Assembly: GCA_964291405.2 (NCBI GenBank)
Contig: OZ219926.1
Location: 3,360,001 to 3,424,000, forward strand
DNA length: 64,000 nt
From: Thermodesulfobacteriota bacterium
Lineage (GTDB): Bacteria; Desulfobacterota; Binatia; Bin18
Reading direction: 5' to 3'
Of the stretch, positions 17,500 to 26,991 are shown piece after piece. Below the pieces are notes generated by a model. The model made no database searches. It had not been told where the DNA came from and saw only the letters and a program-made list of their open reading frames with translations. The translations under genes were made by a program, and so were the position numbers. Positions within the stretch are counted from its first letter, which is position 1. Every line of letters starts with the position of its first letter.

Positions 17500-19749
17500 A
17501 TGAATAACCCTGGTATGAAATTCCAGCGAAGTCGGTGTGGAGGAGTGCTGTCCTGGGTGGTGTTGCTGTGCGCCGCTACGCTGCTGCCGTCTGGCGTGCT
17601 TGCCCAGCCGCAGCACACACTTGAAGACATTACGGTCACCGCTCGCAAGCAGGAGCAGCGCGCGTTCGACGTACCGCTATCGCTGTCCGTACTTCAGGAC
17701 GAGGGGCTCGACCGGTTGCGCTCGTCAGGTATGGACGTGCGTTTTCTGAACAACCGTGTGCCCAGCCTGCAAGCCGAGTCGTCCTTTGGGCGCTTCTTTC
17801 CCCGATTCTATATACGCGGCTTGGGCAATACCGACTTTGATATGAATGCGTCCCAGCCGGTCTCGGTGATGTACGACGGGATTGTGTTGGAAAATTCCCA
17901 ACTCAAGAGCACCCCGGTTTTTGATATCGAGCGTATCGAGGTGTTGCGCGGACCGCAGGGGACGCTCTTTGGGCGTAACACCACCGCCGGTGTCATCAAG
18001 ATCGAGTCGGCCCGTCCGACCTGGGACTGGGAGGGCTATGGCCGGTTGTCCTATGGACGATTCAACAGCGTGAATTTTGAGGGGGCGCTGTCCGGGCCGC
18101 TGATTCCGTCCGTTCTGGCGGCGCGGGCCTCGGTACTGGTCCAGCGTCGGAGCGACTGGGTAGACAATACCCACACTGGCGAGGACGACGCCCTAGGCGG
18201 CTATCGCGATGTGGCCGGGCGGATTCAGTTTTTATTGACGCCGACCGAAAATCTGTCCGGGCGGTTCAAGGTGCATATTCGCGACTTCGGCGGCACGCCC
18301 CGCCTCTTCCGGGCGAATGTGCTGAAGCCGGGCCATGCCGACCTGGTTTCGGGCTTCCGGCGCGACAAAATCGCCCATGACGCCGACAGTGACGCCGGGG
18401 TGAGCGGCCACGGCTTCGCTTCCGAGTTGCACTACACGCTTGGGCCTGTCCGGTTGATCTCGCTGACTGGTGGGGAATGGCTCGACAGCTTCGCAAGGGG
18501 TGATATCGACGGTGGCTATGGTGCGGTCTGGAGTCCGCCCAGCGGGCCGGGCCTGATTCCGTTTCCGGCCGAGACTGAGGACGGGATATCGGCTCTGCGT
18601 CAGTTAAGCCAGGAGGTTCGTGTGGAACACACGGCCTGGCAGCGCCTGGACTGGCGGGTGGGCTTTTTTTACTTTCACGAGGAACTCGACATGTTCGGCC
18701 TCAACTACGATACCCTGGCCGGGAATGTCGTGAATGGCCGTATCCGCCATGAGCAACGGACAGAGGCGTGGGCCGTGTTTGCCGGGGCAACGCTGAGCCT
18801 CACCGACAATCTCGAAGTCGCCGCCGGCGTGCGCGTCTCTGAAGACGACAAGGAATACCGTATCGAACGGCTGCAGTCGCCCATCGGAGCCGGCCCGCTG
18901 GGCCCGCTCCACAAGGCCCCCCGCGACCTGGTGCCGAGTTGGGACCTGAGCCTGCGCTACCAGCTACGGCCCGGCGTCCAGCCCTACGTCCGCGTGGCCA
19001 GCAGCTTTCGGGCACCCAGCATCCAGGGCCGGTTGCTGTTCAGCGACGAGGTGACTGTGGCCGACACTGAAGACATCATCTCGGTCGAGATCGGTCTGAA
19101 GACGCGTCTGTGGCAGCAGCGGCTCCACCTTGATCTGGCGGCCTATCATTTCTGGATGAACGATCAACAACTTACCGCGGTGGGCGGCGATGCCAATGTC
19201 GCCCGCCTGGTGAATGCCGACCGTACCATCGGACGAGGGGTTGAGGCTGAGCTGGCGCTGGTCCTGGCCCGTGGCCTGCGCTTTACCGCCGGTGCAAGTT
19301 ACAATTATACGCGGCTTGACGACTCGGGTCTGTTCATCCCCCCGTGCGGTGCGGACTGCACCGTCCTGGACCCGCCCGGCCCGGTTCCCGGTACAGTATC
19401 GATTGACGGCAACCGGCTATACCAGGCACCACGCTGGATTGTAAATTTCAGTCTGGACTATACCCGCGTGCTTGCCGGTGGCTCGACCCTAGTTATGTCC
19501 ACCGATTGGGCCTACCGCAGCCGTATCAACTTTTTTCTGTACGATTCGCGAGAATTCCGTGACGATCACCGGCTTGAGGGCGGGGCGCGCGTGGCCTGGG
19601 TCTCGCCCTCCGGTGTCCTGGAAGTCGCGGCCTTTGGTCGTAATATTCTGAACGATACCTCTCCCGCCGGCGGCATCGACTTCAACAACCTGACCGCCTA
19701 CATCAACCAACCGTCCTACTGGGGTGTTGAAGGGGTCGTACGTTTCTAA
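17500..19749 (+). CDS. TonB-dependent outer membrane receptor (copy 1)
   Basis: Signal peptide, LEDITVTARK, plug motif IERIEVLRGPQGTLFGRN, C-terminal Phe. Confidence 0.93.
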   Translation: MNNPGMKFQRSRCGGVLSWVVLLCAATLLPSGVLAQPQHTLEDITVTARKQEQRAFDVPLSLSVLQDEGLDRLRSSGMDVRFLNNRVPSLQAESSFGRFFPRFYIRGLGNTDFDMNASQPVSVMYDGIVLENSQLKSTPVFDIERIEVLRGPQGTLFGRNTTAGVIKIESARPTWDWEGYGRLSYGRFNSVNFEGALSGPLIPSVLAARASVLVQRRSDWVDNTHTGEDDALGGYRDVAGRIQFLLTPTENLSGRFKVHIRDFGGTPRLFRANVLKPGHADLVSGFRRDKIAHDADSDAGVSGHGFASELHYTLGPVRLISLTGGEWLDSFARGDIDGGYGAVWSPPSGPGLIPFPAETEDGISALRQLSQEVRVEHTAWQRLDWRVGFFYFHEELDMFGLNYDTLAGNVVNGRIRHEQRTEAWAVFAGATLSLTDNLEVAAGVRVSEDDKEYRIERLQSPIGAGPLGPLHKAPRDLVPSWDLSLRYQLRPGVQPYVRVASSFRAPSIQGRLLFSDEVTVADTEDIISVEIGLKTRLWQQRLHLDLAAYHFWMNDQQLTAVGGDANVARLVNADRTIGRGVEAELALVLARGLRFTAGASYNYTRLDDSGLFIPPCGADCTVLDPPGPVPGTVSIDGNRLYQAPRWIVNFSLDYTRVLAGGSTLVMSTDWAYRSRINFFLYDSREFRDDHRLEGGARVAWVSPSGVLEVAAFGRNILNDTSPAGGIDFNNLTAYINQPSYWGVEGVVRF

Positions 19750-19783
19750 CGACAGATGAGAATCGGACCGGAGCCGCGGCACC

Positions 19784-22091
19784 ATGAGAGAGAATACGAT
19801 GCCACTGCGCGACTCTACCTGGAACCTCGCGTCACTGATGATCAGATCGGCGGTGACAGACTGCGCGCGCCGGCTTGGCGGGTGGGTCGTGGCAGTATGG
19901 GCTGTGTTGCTGCCGTCTCCCGTGTTCGCTCAGCCGCAGCACGCGCTCGAAGATATTACGGTCACCGCCCGCAAGCAGGAACAACGCGCCTTTGACGTGC
20001 CGTTGTCGCTGTCTGTGCTCCAGGGCGAGGGGCTCGACCGGCTACGTGCCTCGGGTATGGATGTACGTTTTCTGACCAATCGAACGCCCAGCCTCCAGGT
20101 CATGTCAGGCTTCGGACGTATCTATCCATATTTCTTTATCCGTGGTCTGGGCAATACGGACTTCGACATGAATGCCTCCCAGCCGGTGTCGATCATGCAC
20201 GACGGCATTGTGCTGGAAAACCCGTGGCTCAAGGGTCATCCCATCTTTGATGTTGAGCGGGTTGAGGTGCTGCGCGGCCCGCAGGGCACGCTGTTTGGGC
20301 GGAATACGCCGGCCGGCATTGTGAAGGTCGAATCGGCCCGGCCGACCTGGGAGTGGGAGGGCTACGGTCGGCTGTCCTACGGACGGTTCGACAGTGTCAA
20401 TTTCGAGGGGGCGCTGTCTGGTCCGCTGATCCCGTCCGTCCTGGCGGCGCGCGCCTCTCTGTTGGTACAGCGCCGGAGCGACTGGATAGACAACACCTAT
20501 ACCGGCAAGACCCATACCCGTAAGAGTAAGGCCCTGGGTGGCTACGATGATATTGCCGGGCGCGTCCAGTTTGTGTGGACACCGGTGGAGAATTTTTCCG
20601 GGCGGTTCAAGGTTCATGTCCGGGACTTTGACAGCAATGCCCGGGTCTTCCGGGCGAATATATTCAGGCCGGGCCGCACCGGTCTACGCCCAGGGCTACG
20701 GCGCGACAAAACTGCCCAGGACGCTGGCAATCCGCAGTACCTGGCGAGCCACGGGTTTGCCACCGAGCTGCACTATACTCTGGGTGAGTTCCGCCTGATC
20801 TCGCTGACCGGTGGGGACTGGCTGGACGGCCGGTCGCGCGGCGACGTGGACGGTGGCTTTGGCGCGGTCTGGAGTCCGCCCAGCGGGCCGGGTCTGATTC
20901 CGTTTCCAACCGAGACGGCCGACGGCCTCTCGGCTCTGCGCCAGTTGAGCCAGGAGTTTCGTCTGGAACACACGGCTTGGCAGCGCCTGGACTGGCGGGT
21001 GGGCTTCTTTTACTTCCACGAGGAACTCGACATCGAGGGTTTCAGCTATGACACCCTGGCCGGGAGTGTACTGAACGGCCGCATCCGCCAGGATCAACGC
21101 ACCGAAGCCTGGGCCGTGTTTGCCGCCGCTATCTTTACCTTAACCGAGAACATCGAAATCGCCGCCGGTGTGCGTGTCTCCGAGGATGACAAGGAATACG
21201 CGAGCGAGCGTCTTCAGTCGCCCATCGGTGCCGGTCCACTTGGCCCGATCCATAGGACTCCCCGCGACCTGGTACCGAGCTGGGACCTGAGCCTGCGTTA
21301 CCAGGCGATGCCCGGCGTTCAGCCCTATGTGCGGGTGGCCAGCAGCTTTCGGGCGCCCAGCATCCAGGGCCGGTTGCTGTTCGGCGACGAGGTAACCGTG
21401 GCCGACACCGAGGACATCATCTCGGTCGAGCTTGGTCTGAAGCTGCGTGTGTGGCAGCAGCGTGTCCATTTGGACCTGGCGGCCTATCATTTCTGGATGC
21501 ACGATCAGCAGCTTACCGCGGGGAGCGGTGTGGACAATGCCAACCGGCTGCTGAACGCCGACCGCACCATCGGACGGGGCATCGAGGCGGAGGGGACCGT
21601 GGCCTTGGGCTATGGGCTGCGCCTGACGGCCGGCCTGAGCTATAACTACACCCGGCTCGATGACTCAGGTCTGTTCGTTCAGCCGTGCGGTTCGGACTGT
21701 ACGGTCCTTGACCCGCCCGGCCCGGTTCCAGGTACGGTCTCCATTGACGGCAACCGCCTGCCTCAAGCCCCCCGCTGGATCGCCAACCTGAACCTGAGCT
21801 ATACGCGCGTGTTACCCGGCGGCGCGGCCTTGATCCTGGCGACCGACTGGGCGTATCGCAGCCGCATCAATTTTTTTCTGTACGAGTCGCGCGAGTTTCG
21901 CGACAATCATCTGCTTGAGGGCGGCCTGCGCCTGTCCTGGCTGTCGGCCTCAGGCGGTCTGGAAGTGGCCGCCTTTGGCCGCAACATCTCTGAACAACAT
22001 CTCGCCCACCGGCGGTCTCGACTTCAACAATCTGGCCGGTTTCGTCAACGCGCCACCGGTGTGGGGCATCGAAGCGGCAGTGCGCTTGTGA
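19784..22091 (+). CDS. TonB-dependent outer membrane receptor (copy 2), +1 frameshift near the 3' end
   Basis: Paralog of copy 1; an extra base at ~21989 diverts the frame; the homologous end LNNISPTGGLDFNNLAGFVNAPPVWGIEAAVRL* stops at 22091. Confidence 0.88.
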
Positions 22092-22182
22092 CGGGCGGTT
22101 GGCCTGGCATTTGCGGTGTTGCCAAACGGTTCGGGCTCAGGCAAAACGGAGCATATCTTACGGAAGGAAAAGGAGGCAAAGC

Positions 22183-22464
22183 ATGATTGCATTGGTCGCA
22201 AAGCTGACGGTTCGCGAAGGCAAGGAGCAGGATTTTATTGATGCCATGAAGGATGTCGTCCCGGCCGTGCGTGAAGAGCCCGGCAACAGCGCCTACGTGA
22301 TGAACCGTTCAAAAGAAAATCCGAGCATGTTTGTGTTCTACGAAGAGTATACGGACCAGGCCGCTTTTGATGCCCATCGTAAGCATCTCGGCGAACTCGG
22401 GGTGGACCTGAGGGCCATCCTCGCCGGCGCGCCGACGCTCGAATTCTATGAGAAGATATACTAG
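22183..22464 (+). CDS. Antibiotic biosynthesis monooxygenase (ABM/YgiN-like) protein
   Basis: MIALVAKLTVREGKEQDF...EEPGN..Y...FVFYEEY.DQAAFDAH; AGGAGG RBS. Confidence 0.85.
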   Translation: MIALVAKLTVREGKEQDFIDAMKDVVPAVREEPGNSAYVMNRSKENPSMFVFYEEYTDQAAFDAHRKHLGELGVDLRAILAGAPTLEFYEKIY

Positions 22465-22497
22465 GGTGCGTTTCCCGTTGAAGTAGCCTAACTATCG

Positions 22498-22530
22498 AAG
22501 AGGGACACGGCATATCGTGTCCCTCTTTTT
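22498..22530 (+). terminator. Rho-independent terminator
   Basis: aagagggacacg-gcatat-cgtgtccctctt followed by a T run. Confidence 0.8.
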
Positions 22531-22596
22531 GTTTGCGCGTATGGGAATGCTTGCGTAGTGTTGAGGTGAAAAGTCACACTCAGAACGAGGACCCTC

Positions 22597-23052
22597 ATGA
22601 TGCTCGAAATTGACCCGGAGGCTAAACAAGGCGTCCAACTCGGTCCGGTGACGGTGACCGCCGAGGATATTCAATCCTTTGCCGAGGCAATGGGCGACCT
22701 GAACCCGCTGTATACAGACGTTGAGGCGGCGCGCGCCGCCGGCTACCCGGACGTTATTGCCCCCCCGATGTTTTGTATGCGGATGCGCGGCGGCAGATTG
22801 CTGCCCGAGGTCCCGCTCCCGTCCGGCTTTATGAGCCTGCACGCAGGACAGGAAATCGAATTCCACGACGAGATTATTGCCGGGCAGACGTATACCATTA
22901 CCTCACGTGTGGCCAATGTGTATGAAAAAACAGGCCGGAGCGGTCCCATGGAGATCATTGTCCGGGAGTCGACGATTACGAATGCCGAGGGGCGAACCAT
23001 TGTGACGATCCGCGAGCGCCAAATCGTGCGCTCCCCGGAAAAGAAAATCTAG
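22597..23052 (+). CDS. MaoC/FAS1-like hotdog dehydratase subunit
   Basis: FAEAMGDLNPLYTD.EAARAAGYPDVIAPP, LHAGQEIEF, YEKTGRSG. Confidence 0.85.
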   Translation: MMLEIDPEAKQGVQLGPVTVTAEDIQSFAEAMGDLNPLYTDVEAARAAGYPDVIAPPMFCMRMRGGRLLPEVPLPSGFMSLHAGQEIEFHDEIIAGQTYTITSRVANVYEKTGRSGPMEIIVRESTITNAEGRTIVTIRERQIVRSPEKKI

Positions 23053-23065
23053 GCACAGAGGACCA

Positions 23066-24040
23066 ATGCGTATCAGTCTGGATCCCTGGGGGGGCGATTA
23101 CGGCAGCCAGATTTCGACGCCACAGGCGGTCGATGCAGAACAGCTCTCCGCGCAAGTGACGGGTCAGCAGGTTGAGGCTGGTCCGTGGCAGCCCCGGACA
23201 CCAGCTCCCGAGCAGATGCCGAACATGACCGCGGTGATTGACGGCGTCATGCGGGTCGATGCGCCTGCGGTCCTAAGTGACGACGACACGCGCTTTCTGG
23301 CCCTGTTCGGGTCGTACGCGGCTGGGGCGGTCGTTATTGACCGCCGGGTTGAGATTATCGAGGAACAGCTCGACCGCCTCTTTATTGTTGGCGGGGGGCA
23401 ATCCGGACAGGATGTGCTGGTCGCGGCCGGAACGGGTGGAAAGATTCCCATGCGCTACCGGAGCATGAGCGTGTCGGACCTCACCCCGGATTCCTTACGT
23501 GAAAGCCTCTTGACTGCAATGCGGCAGGCCGAGGTTGATTTGGCCCGAAAGCTGTCTGGGAACGAACGTCTCATACTTGCGGACGGTAATCTGACCTTTT
23601 TAGGCGATAGCTCCTCAGTTGTTGGGGTCATCAAGACGATTCAACGTATGTACCTTGCGCCCAAAGAGGCAAAAATTCTCGAACAGCTTCAACCGGGGGA
23701 ACGAACACCGCTGTTCCAATTCTCTGGCAGTAGCAGGCGAAAAAGTTTTGAGGTGTTCACCTGTTATCTACGTCTGGCGAATCCGCGACCGATCGAGCAT
23801 CCATTTACCGGACTGGTGCGCTTAGAAGTGAAGCTTGGACTTGGTATTCAGCAGGCGGTCATACTGTTAGATCAAGCCGCACGCGCTGTTTCGGCTCTGG
23901 CCTCCCGCGCGCCAAAAGACCCCCGCGCCCCTCAAAACTTGATTCCCATCGGCGGACTAGAGCGACGGCTGCGGCACCGGCTGGGTGACCCCAAGCTGGT
24001 CCGGCGGTGTATTGAGAAGGCCCTCCTGAACCAGGTATAG
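23066..24040 (+). CDS. nurA: NurA-family 5'-3' nuclease
   Basis: MRISLDPW, VIDGVMR and LADGNL acidic motifs, VGVIKT, PGERTPLF, GLVRLE, DPRAPQNL.PI..LE..LRH.LG; lies directly upstream of herA. Confidence 0.82.
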   Translation: MRISLDPWGGDYGSQISTPQAVDAEQLSAQVTGQQVEAGPWQPRTPAPEQMPNMTAVIDGVMRVDAPAVLSDDDTRFLALFGSYAAGAVVIDRRVEIIEEQLDRLFIVGGGQSGQDVLVAAGTGGKIPMRYRSMSVSDLTPDSLRESLLTAMRQAEVDLARKLSGNERLILADGNLTFLGDSSSVVGVIKTIQRMYLAPKEAKILEQLQPGERTPLFQFSGSSRRKSFEVFTCYLRLANPRPIEHPFTGLVRLEVKLGLGIQQAVILLDQAARAVSALASRAPKDPRAPQNLIPIGGLERRLRHRLGDPKLVRRCIEKALLNQV

Positions 24041-24060
24041 CCAAACGGAAAGGAGAACGC

Positions 24061-25755
24061 ATGGGGAGAGTCATCGGCACGCAAGACGCCACCCCGCTCG
24101 AATTCTGGGTGTGGCTCGAAGAAGGCGAAGCGATCCAGGTTGATGATGCCATCGTGGTTGAGACCGACTCGCCAAACGGACCGCTGAAATTATTCGGCAT
24201 GGTCGATATCGTCCGGGCACGCCATCAGGGCTCGACGTTTGACTCCGACGTGGTTGAGGCGGAACGCGGTCTGCCCGTTGAACTCTCTATCGCCGCGCAC
24301 GTTAAAGTGACTCGTTTGATGCCGGAGTATTATTATCCGCCGATGCCGGGTGACCAGGTCCGTACGGTCGAGGATGAAGAATTCGCGCAAGCCCTGTTCA
24401 TGGACAAGATGGAGCGCAAGTTCCCGATCGGCCTGTCCCTGTCCGGCAAGGATGTTGTGTACGGCAACCTGGATTTTCTGAACGGCCGCAAGGGCGCGCA
24501 TATGAATATCAGCGGCGTGTCCGGTATTGCCACCAAGACGACCTACTCCACCTTCCTGCTCCACAGCCTGCTGCACTGCGGGCATCTGACGGACGCGAAA
24601 AACACGCACGCGATTATTTTTAATGTCAAAGGCGAAGACCTGCTGTTCCTGGACAAGGCCAGTAACGTCATGCCCGTAGAAGAAGAAGCCCTCTACGCTC
24701 AACTGGGCTTGCCGGCGGAGCCGTTTGATTCGGTTCAATTCTACGTCCCGCCCACGGAAAACGCGCGCGGTCCGATCATGCCTAAGGTCAGCTCCCGCAA
24801 GGCAGATGAGGTTACGCCATACTTTTGGACGGTCCGGGATTTTTGTCGGCAACGCCTGCTGCGCTACCTGTTTTCTGAAGGCGGGGAAGACGCCTCTTTG
24901 CTGTCAGCCCTGACCTATCAGGTGGAACGCAAACTCCTTGAAGCAGCCGAAGACGCCGAGAAAGATGGTCCGGGTCCGGGTGTGTTGCTCCCCTTGGGAG
25001 AGGATCTGGCAGAGGACGACAGTTCAGCCCCTCCGACCGAGGTTCGCGATTTTCCGACCCTCCTCCGAGCGATGGAGGCCATTGCCAGTAATACCAACCA
25101 TTCGCCCGGTACGGTCGGCGCGTTTATGCGTCGTCTGTACAGCGCGGAAGACAAGGTCGCGTATCTTATCCGTGACCCTGCGGACTCCGACGCGGCCCGG
25201 CACGCGATCAGCTGGCGCAACAAGCAGGTAACCGTGGTCAGCCTGAGCGGACTGTACGAAGTTGGAAAGAGCTTTGTGGTGGGATCGGTGTTGCAACAGA
25301 TTCAGGAAGAAAAAGAAGCGACCGGATCGGCGGAACCCCTGTGTTTTATCGTTGTGGACGAACTGAACCGCTACGCGCCCCGTGACGGCTGGTCTCCGAT
25401 TCGAGAGCGGCTGCTTGAGATTGCCGAGCGGGGGCGATCCAGCGGCACGATTCTGATTGGTGCGCAGCAGACCGCTTCCGAAGTGGAGCGGCGGATTGTT
25501 GCCAATCCTGCCTTTCGGATCGTCGGCCGGCTGGATGCCGCCGAAGCCGAACGGGCCGAATATGGTTTTCTACCGCCAACCCTGCGCAAGCGGGCCGCCA
25601 TTTTAACGTCAGGGCGGATGATTGTGTCTCAACCCGACATCCCCACTCCGGTCCCGATTAAGTTTCCCATGCCGGCCTGGGCGACCCGGGCGGACGAACA
25701 GAAATTGCCGCCACCTGCTTTGAAGCTGTCCCGAGTCCGAGAAAGCGAGTATTAA
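24061..25755 (+). CDS. herA: HerA-family helicase/translocase ATPase (bacterial clade)
   Basis: N-terminal HAS-barrel-like region, HMNISGVSGIATKT P-loop, FNVKGED, Walker B IVVDELN, AERGRS arginine finger, GAQQ. Confidence 0.87.
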   Translation: MGRVIGTQDATPLEFWVWLEEGEAIQVDDAIVVETDSPNGPLKLFGMVDIVRARHQGSTFDSDVVEAERGLPVELSIAAHVKVTRLMPEYYYPPMPGDQVRTVEDEEFAQALFMDKMERKFPIGLSLSGKDVVYGNLDFLNGRKGAHMNISGVSGIATKTTYSTFLLHSLLHCGHLTDAKNTHAIIFNVKGEDLLFLDKASNVMPVEEEALYAQLGLPAEPFDSVQFYVPPTENARGPIMPKVSSRKADEVTPYFWTVRDFCRQRLLRYLFSEGGEDASLLSALTYQVERKLLEAAEDAEKDGPGPGVLLPLGEDLAEDDSSAPPTEVRDFPTLLRAMEAIASNTNHSPGTVGAFMRRLYSAEDKVAYLIRDPADSDAARHAISWRNKQVTVVSLSGLYEVGKSFVVGSVLQQIQEEKEATGSAEPLCFIVVDELNRYAPRDGWSPIRERLLEIAERGRSSGTILIGAQQTASEVERRIVANPAFRIVGRLDAAEAERAEYGFLPPTLRKRAAILTSGRMIVSQPDIPTPVPIKFPMPAWATRADEQKLPPPALKLSRVRESEY

Positions 25756-25765
25756 GGATACGGGC

Positions 25766-26944
25766 ATGAGGTTCCTTCACACCTCGGACTGGCACGTGGG
25801 CCGGACTATCCGTAATCGCTCGCGGATGGATGAGCACCGGGCGGTCTTTGCAGAGATTGTTGATATCGCTAAGCGCGAGCAAGTTGATGCTGTCCTGGTG
25901 ACCGGTGACGTCTTTCACGAGCGACGCCCGCCGCTTGCTGCCGAGGAACTGGTGGCGCAAACCCTGGCGCAACTCGCCCGTGACAATATCGTCTCTGTCG
26001 TCATTCCCGGTAACCACGATGACGCCGCCCGCCTGCGCACCCTGAAACCGCTGGGCGATTTGCTCCAAGTGCATATGGTGACGGATATGAGTGAAACCCC
26101 GTCGGACCTCATCGTTTCCATTCCCCAGCGAACCGGAGGAGAGCGGGCGCTAGTGAGTTGTCTGCCCTATCTGCATCCTCACCGCGTCCTGACTGCGGCA
26201 GAAGGAACCGACAAAAGCGAGAACGAACGTCTGAGTGCGTATCAGAGCATGGTGCAGGACTATCTCCGTGCCCTGGAAGAGTCGATGCTGCAAATGGACC
26301 CCAACGCGGTGTCTATCCTGCTCGCTCACGCTCATGTTTCCGGGACGGAGTTTGGAGGGGGCGAATGGCGCTCAAGCGTCTTTCCTGTCGATCCGGGGAT
26401 ATTTCCCAGTCAGGTACACTATGTAGCCCTGGGGCATATGCATCAGCCCCAAAAGGTGGGCGGGACACGGGCGCAGGCTTACTACGCCGGATCGATCTTA
26501 CAGATGGATTTTGGTGAGCGGGACCAACAAAAAAGCGTGTATCTGATTGAGGCGCATCCGGGGAAACCGGCGGAAGTCTCACTGATTGCGCTGACCGCAG
26601 GCAAAGCCCTGCTGCGCCGGACGGGAAGCGCCGAAGAAATACTGTTGCAGGCGGAAGAATTCACCAATGCGTGGGGTGAGGTCGTCTTAAAGCCGGAAGG
26701 CCAAACGTCTGAGATGATCGAACAAATCCGAGCGTTGCCGGGCATAGTCTCGCTCCGGTTTGAAGAGACGCAGGTCAGCGATTCCAGCGGCGAAACGGCC
26801 CACAATCCAAAGGAGCGACCCGCGGCGGAACTTTTCACCGACTACTACAAGTCAAAACGTGGCGCGGCTCCCGAGCCTCAGCTTGTAGCCCTGTTTGAGC
26901 GGCTGTATCAGGAGGTCAGCACCGCGCGTGACGAGCCCGTATAA
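25766..26944 (+). CDS. sbcD: SbcD/Mre11 metallophosphoesterase nuclease
   Basis: LHTSDWHVG, TGDVF, PGNHD, AH, YVALGHMH, YAGS..QMDFGE. Confidence 0.95.
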   Translation: MRFLHTSDWHVGRTIRNRSRMDEHRAVFAEIVDIAKREQVDAVLVTGDVFHERRPPLAAEELVAQTLAQLARDNIVSVVIPGNHDDAARLRTLKPLGDLLQVHMVTDMSETPSDLIVSIPQRTGGERALVSCLPYLHPHRVLTAAEGTDKSENERLSAYQSMVQDYLRALEESMLQMDPNAVSILLAHAHVSGTEFGGGEWRSSVFPVDPGIFPSQVHYVALGHMHQPQKVGGTRAQAYYAGSILQMDFGERDQQKSVYLIEAHPGKPAEVSLIALTAGKALLRRTGSAEEILLQAEEFTNAWGEVVLKPEGQTSEMIEQIRALPGIVSLRFEETQVSDSSGETAHNPKERPAAELFTDYYKSKRGAAPEPQLVALFERLYQEVSTARDEPV

Positions 26945-26991
26945 GTATTCGCCTAGCTCCAACCCCGAACCCCAAGTCCCCCATTAACGCC

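Noticed and set aside
17401-22135. aaacgg[c/t]tcggg at 17401-17412 and 22124-22135 as a target-site duplication around the TonB receptor pair
   Set aside because: Only 11/12 nt and the flanks do not extend; compatible with chance.
22092-22186. 800-aa version of TonB receptor 2 with a basic C-terminal extension
   Set aside because: The extension results from the +1 frameshift at ~21989; the homologous end lies in another frame.
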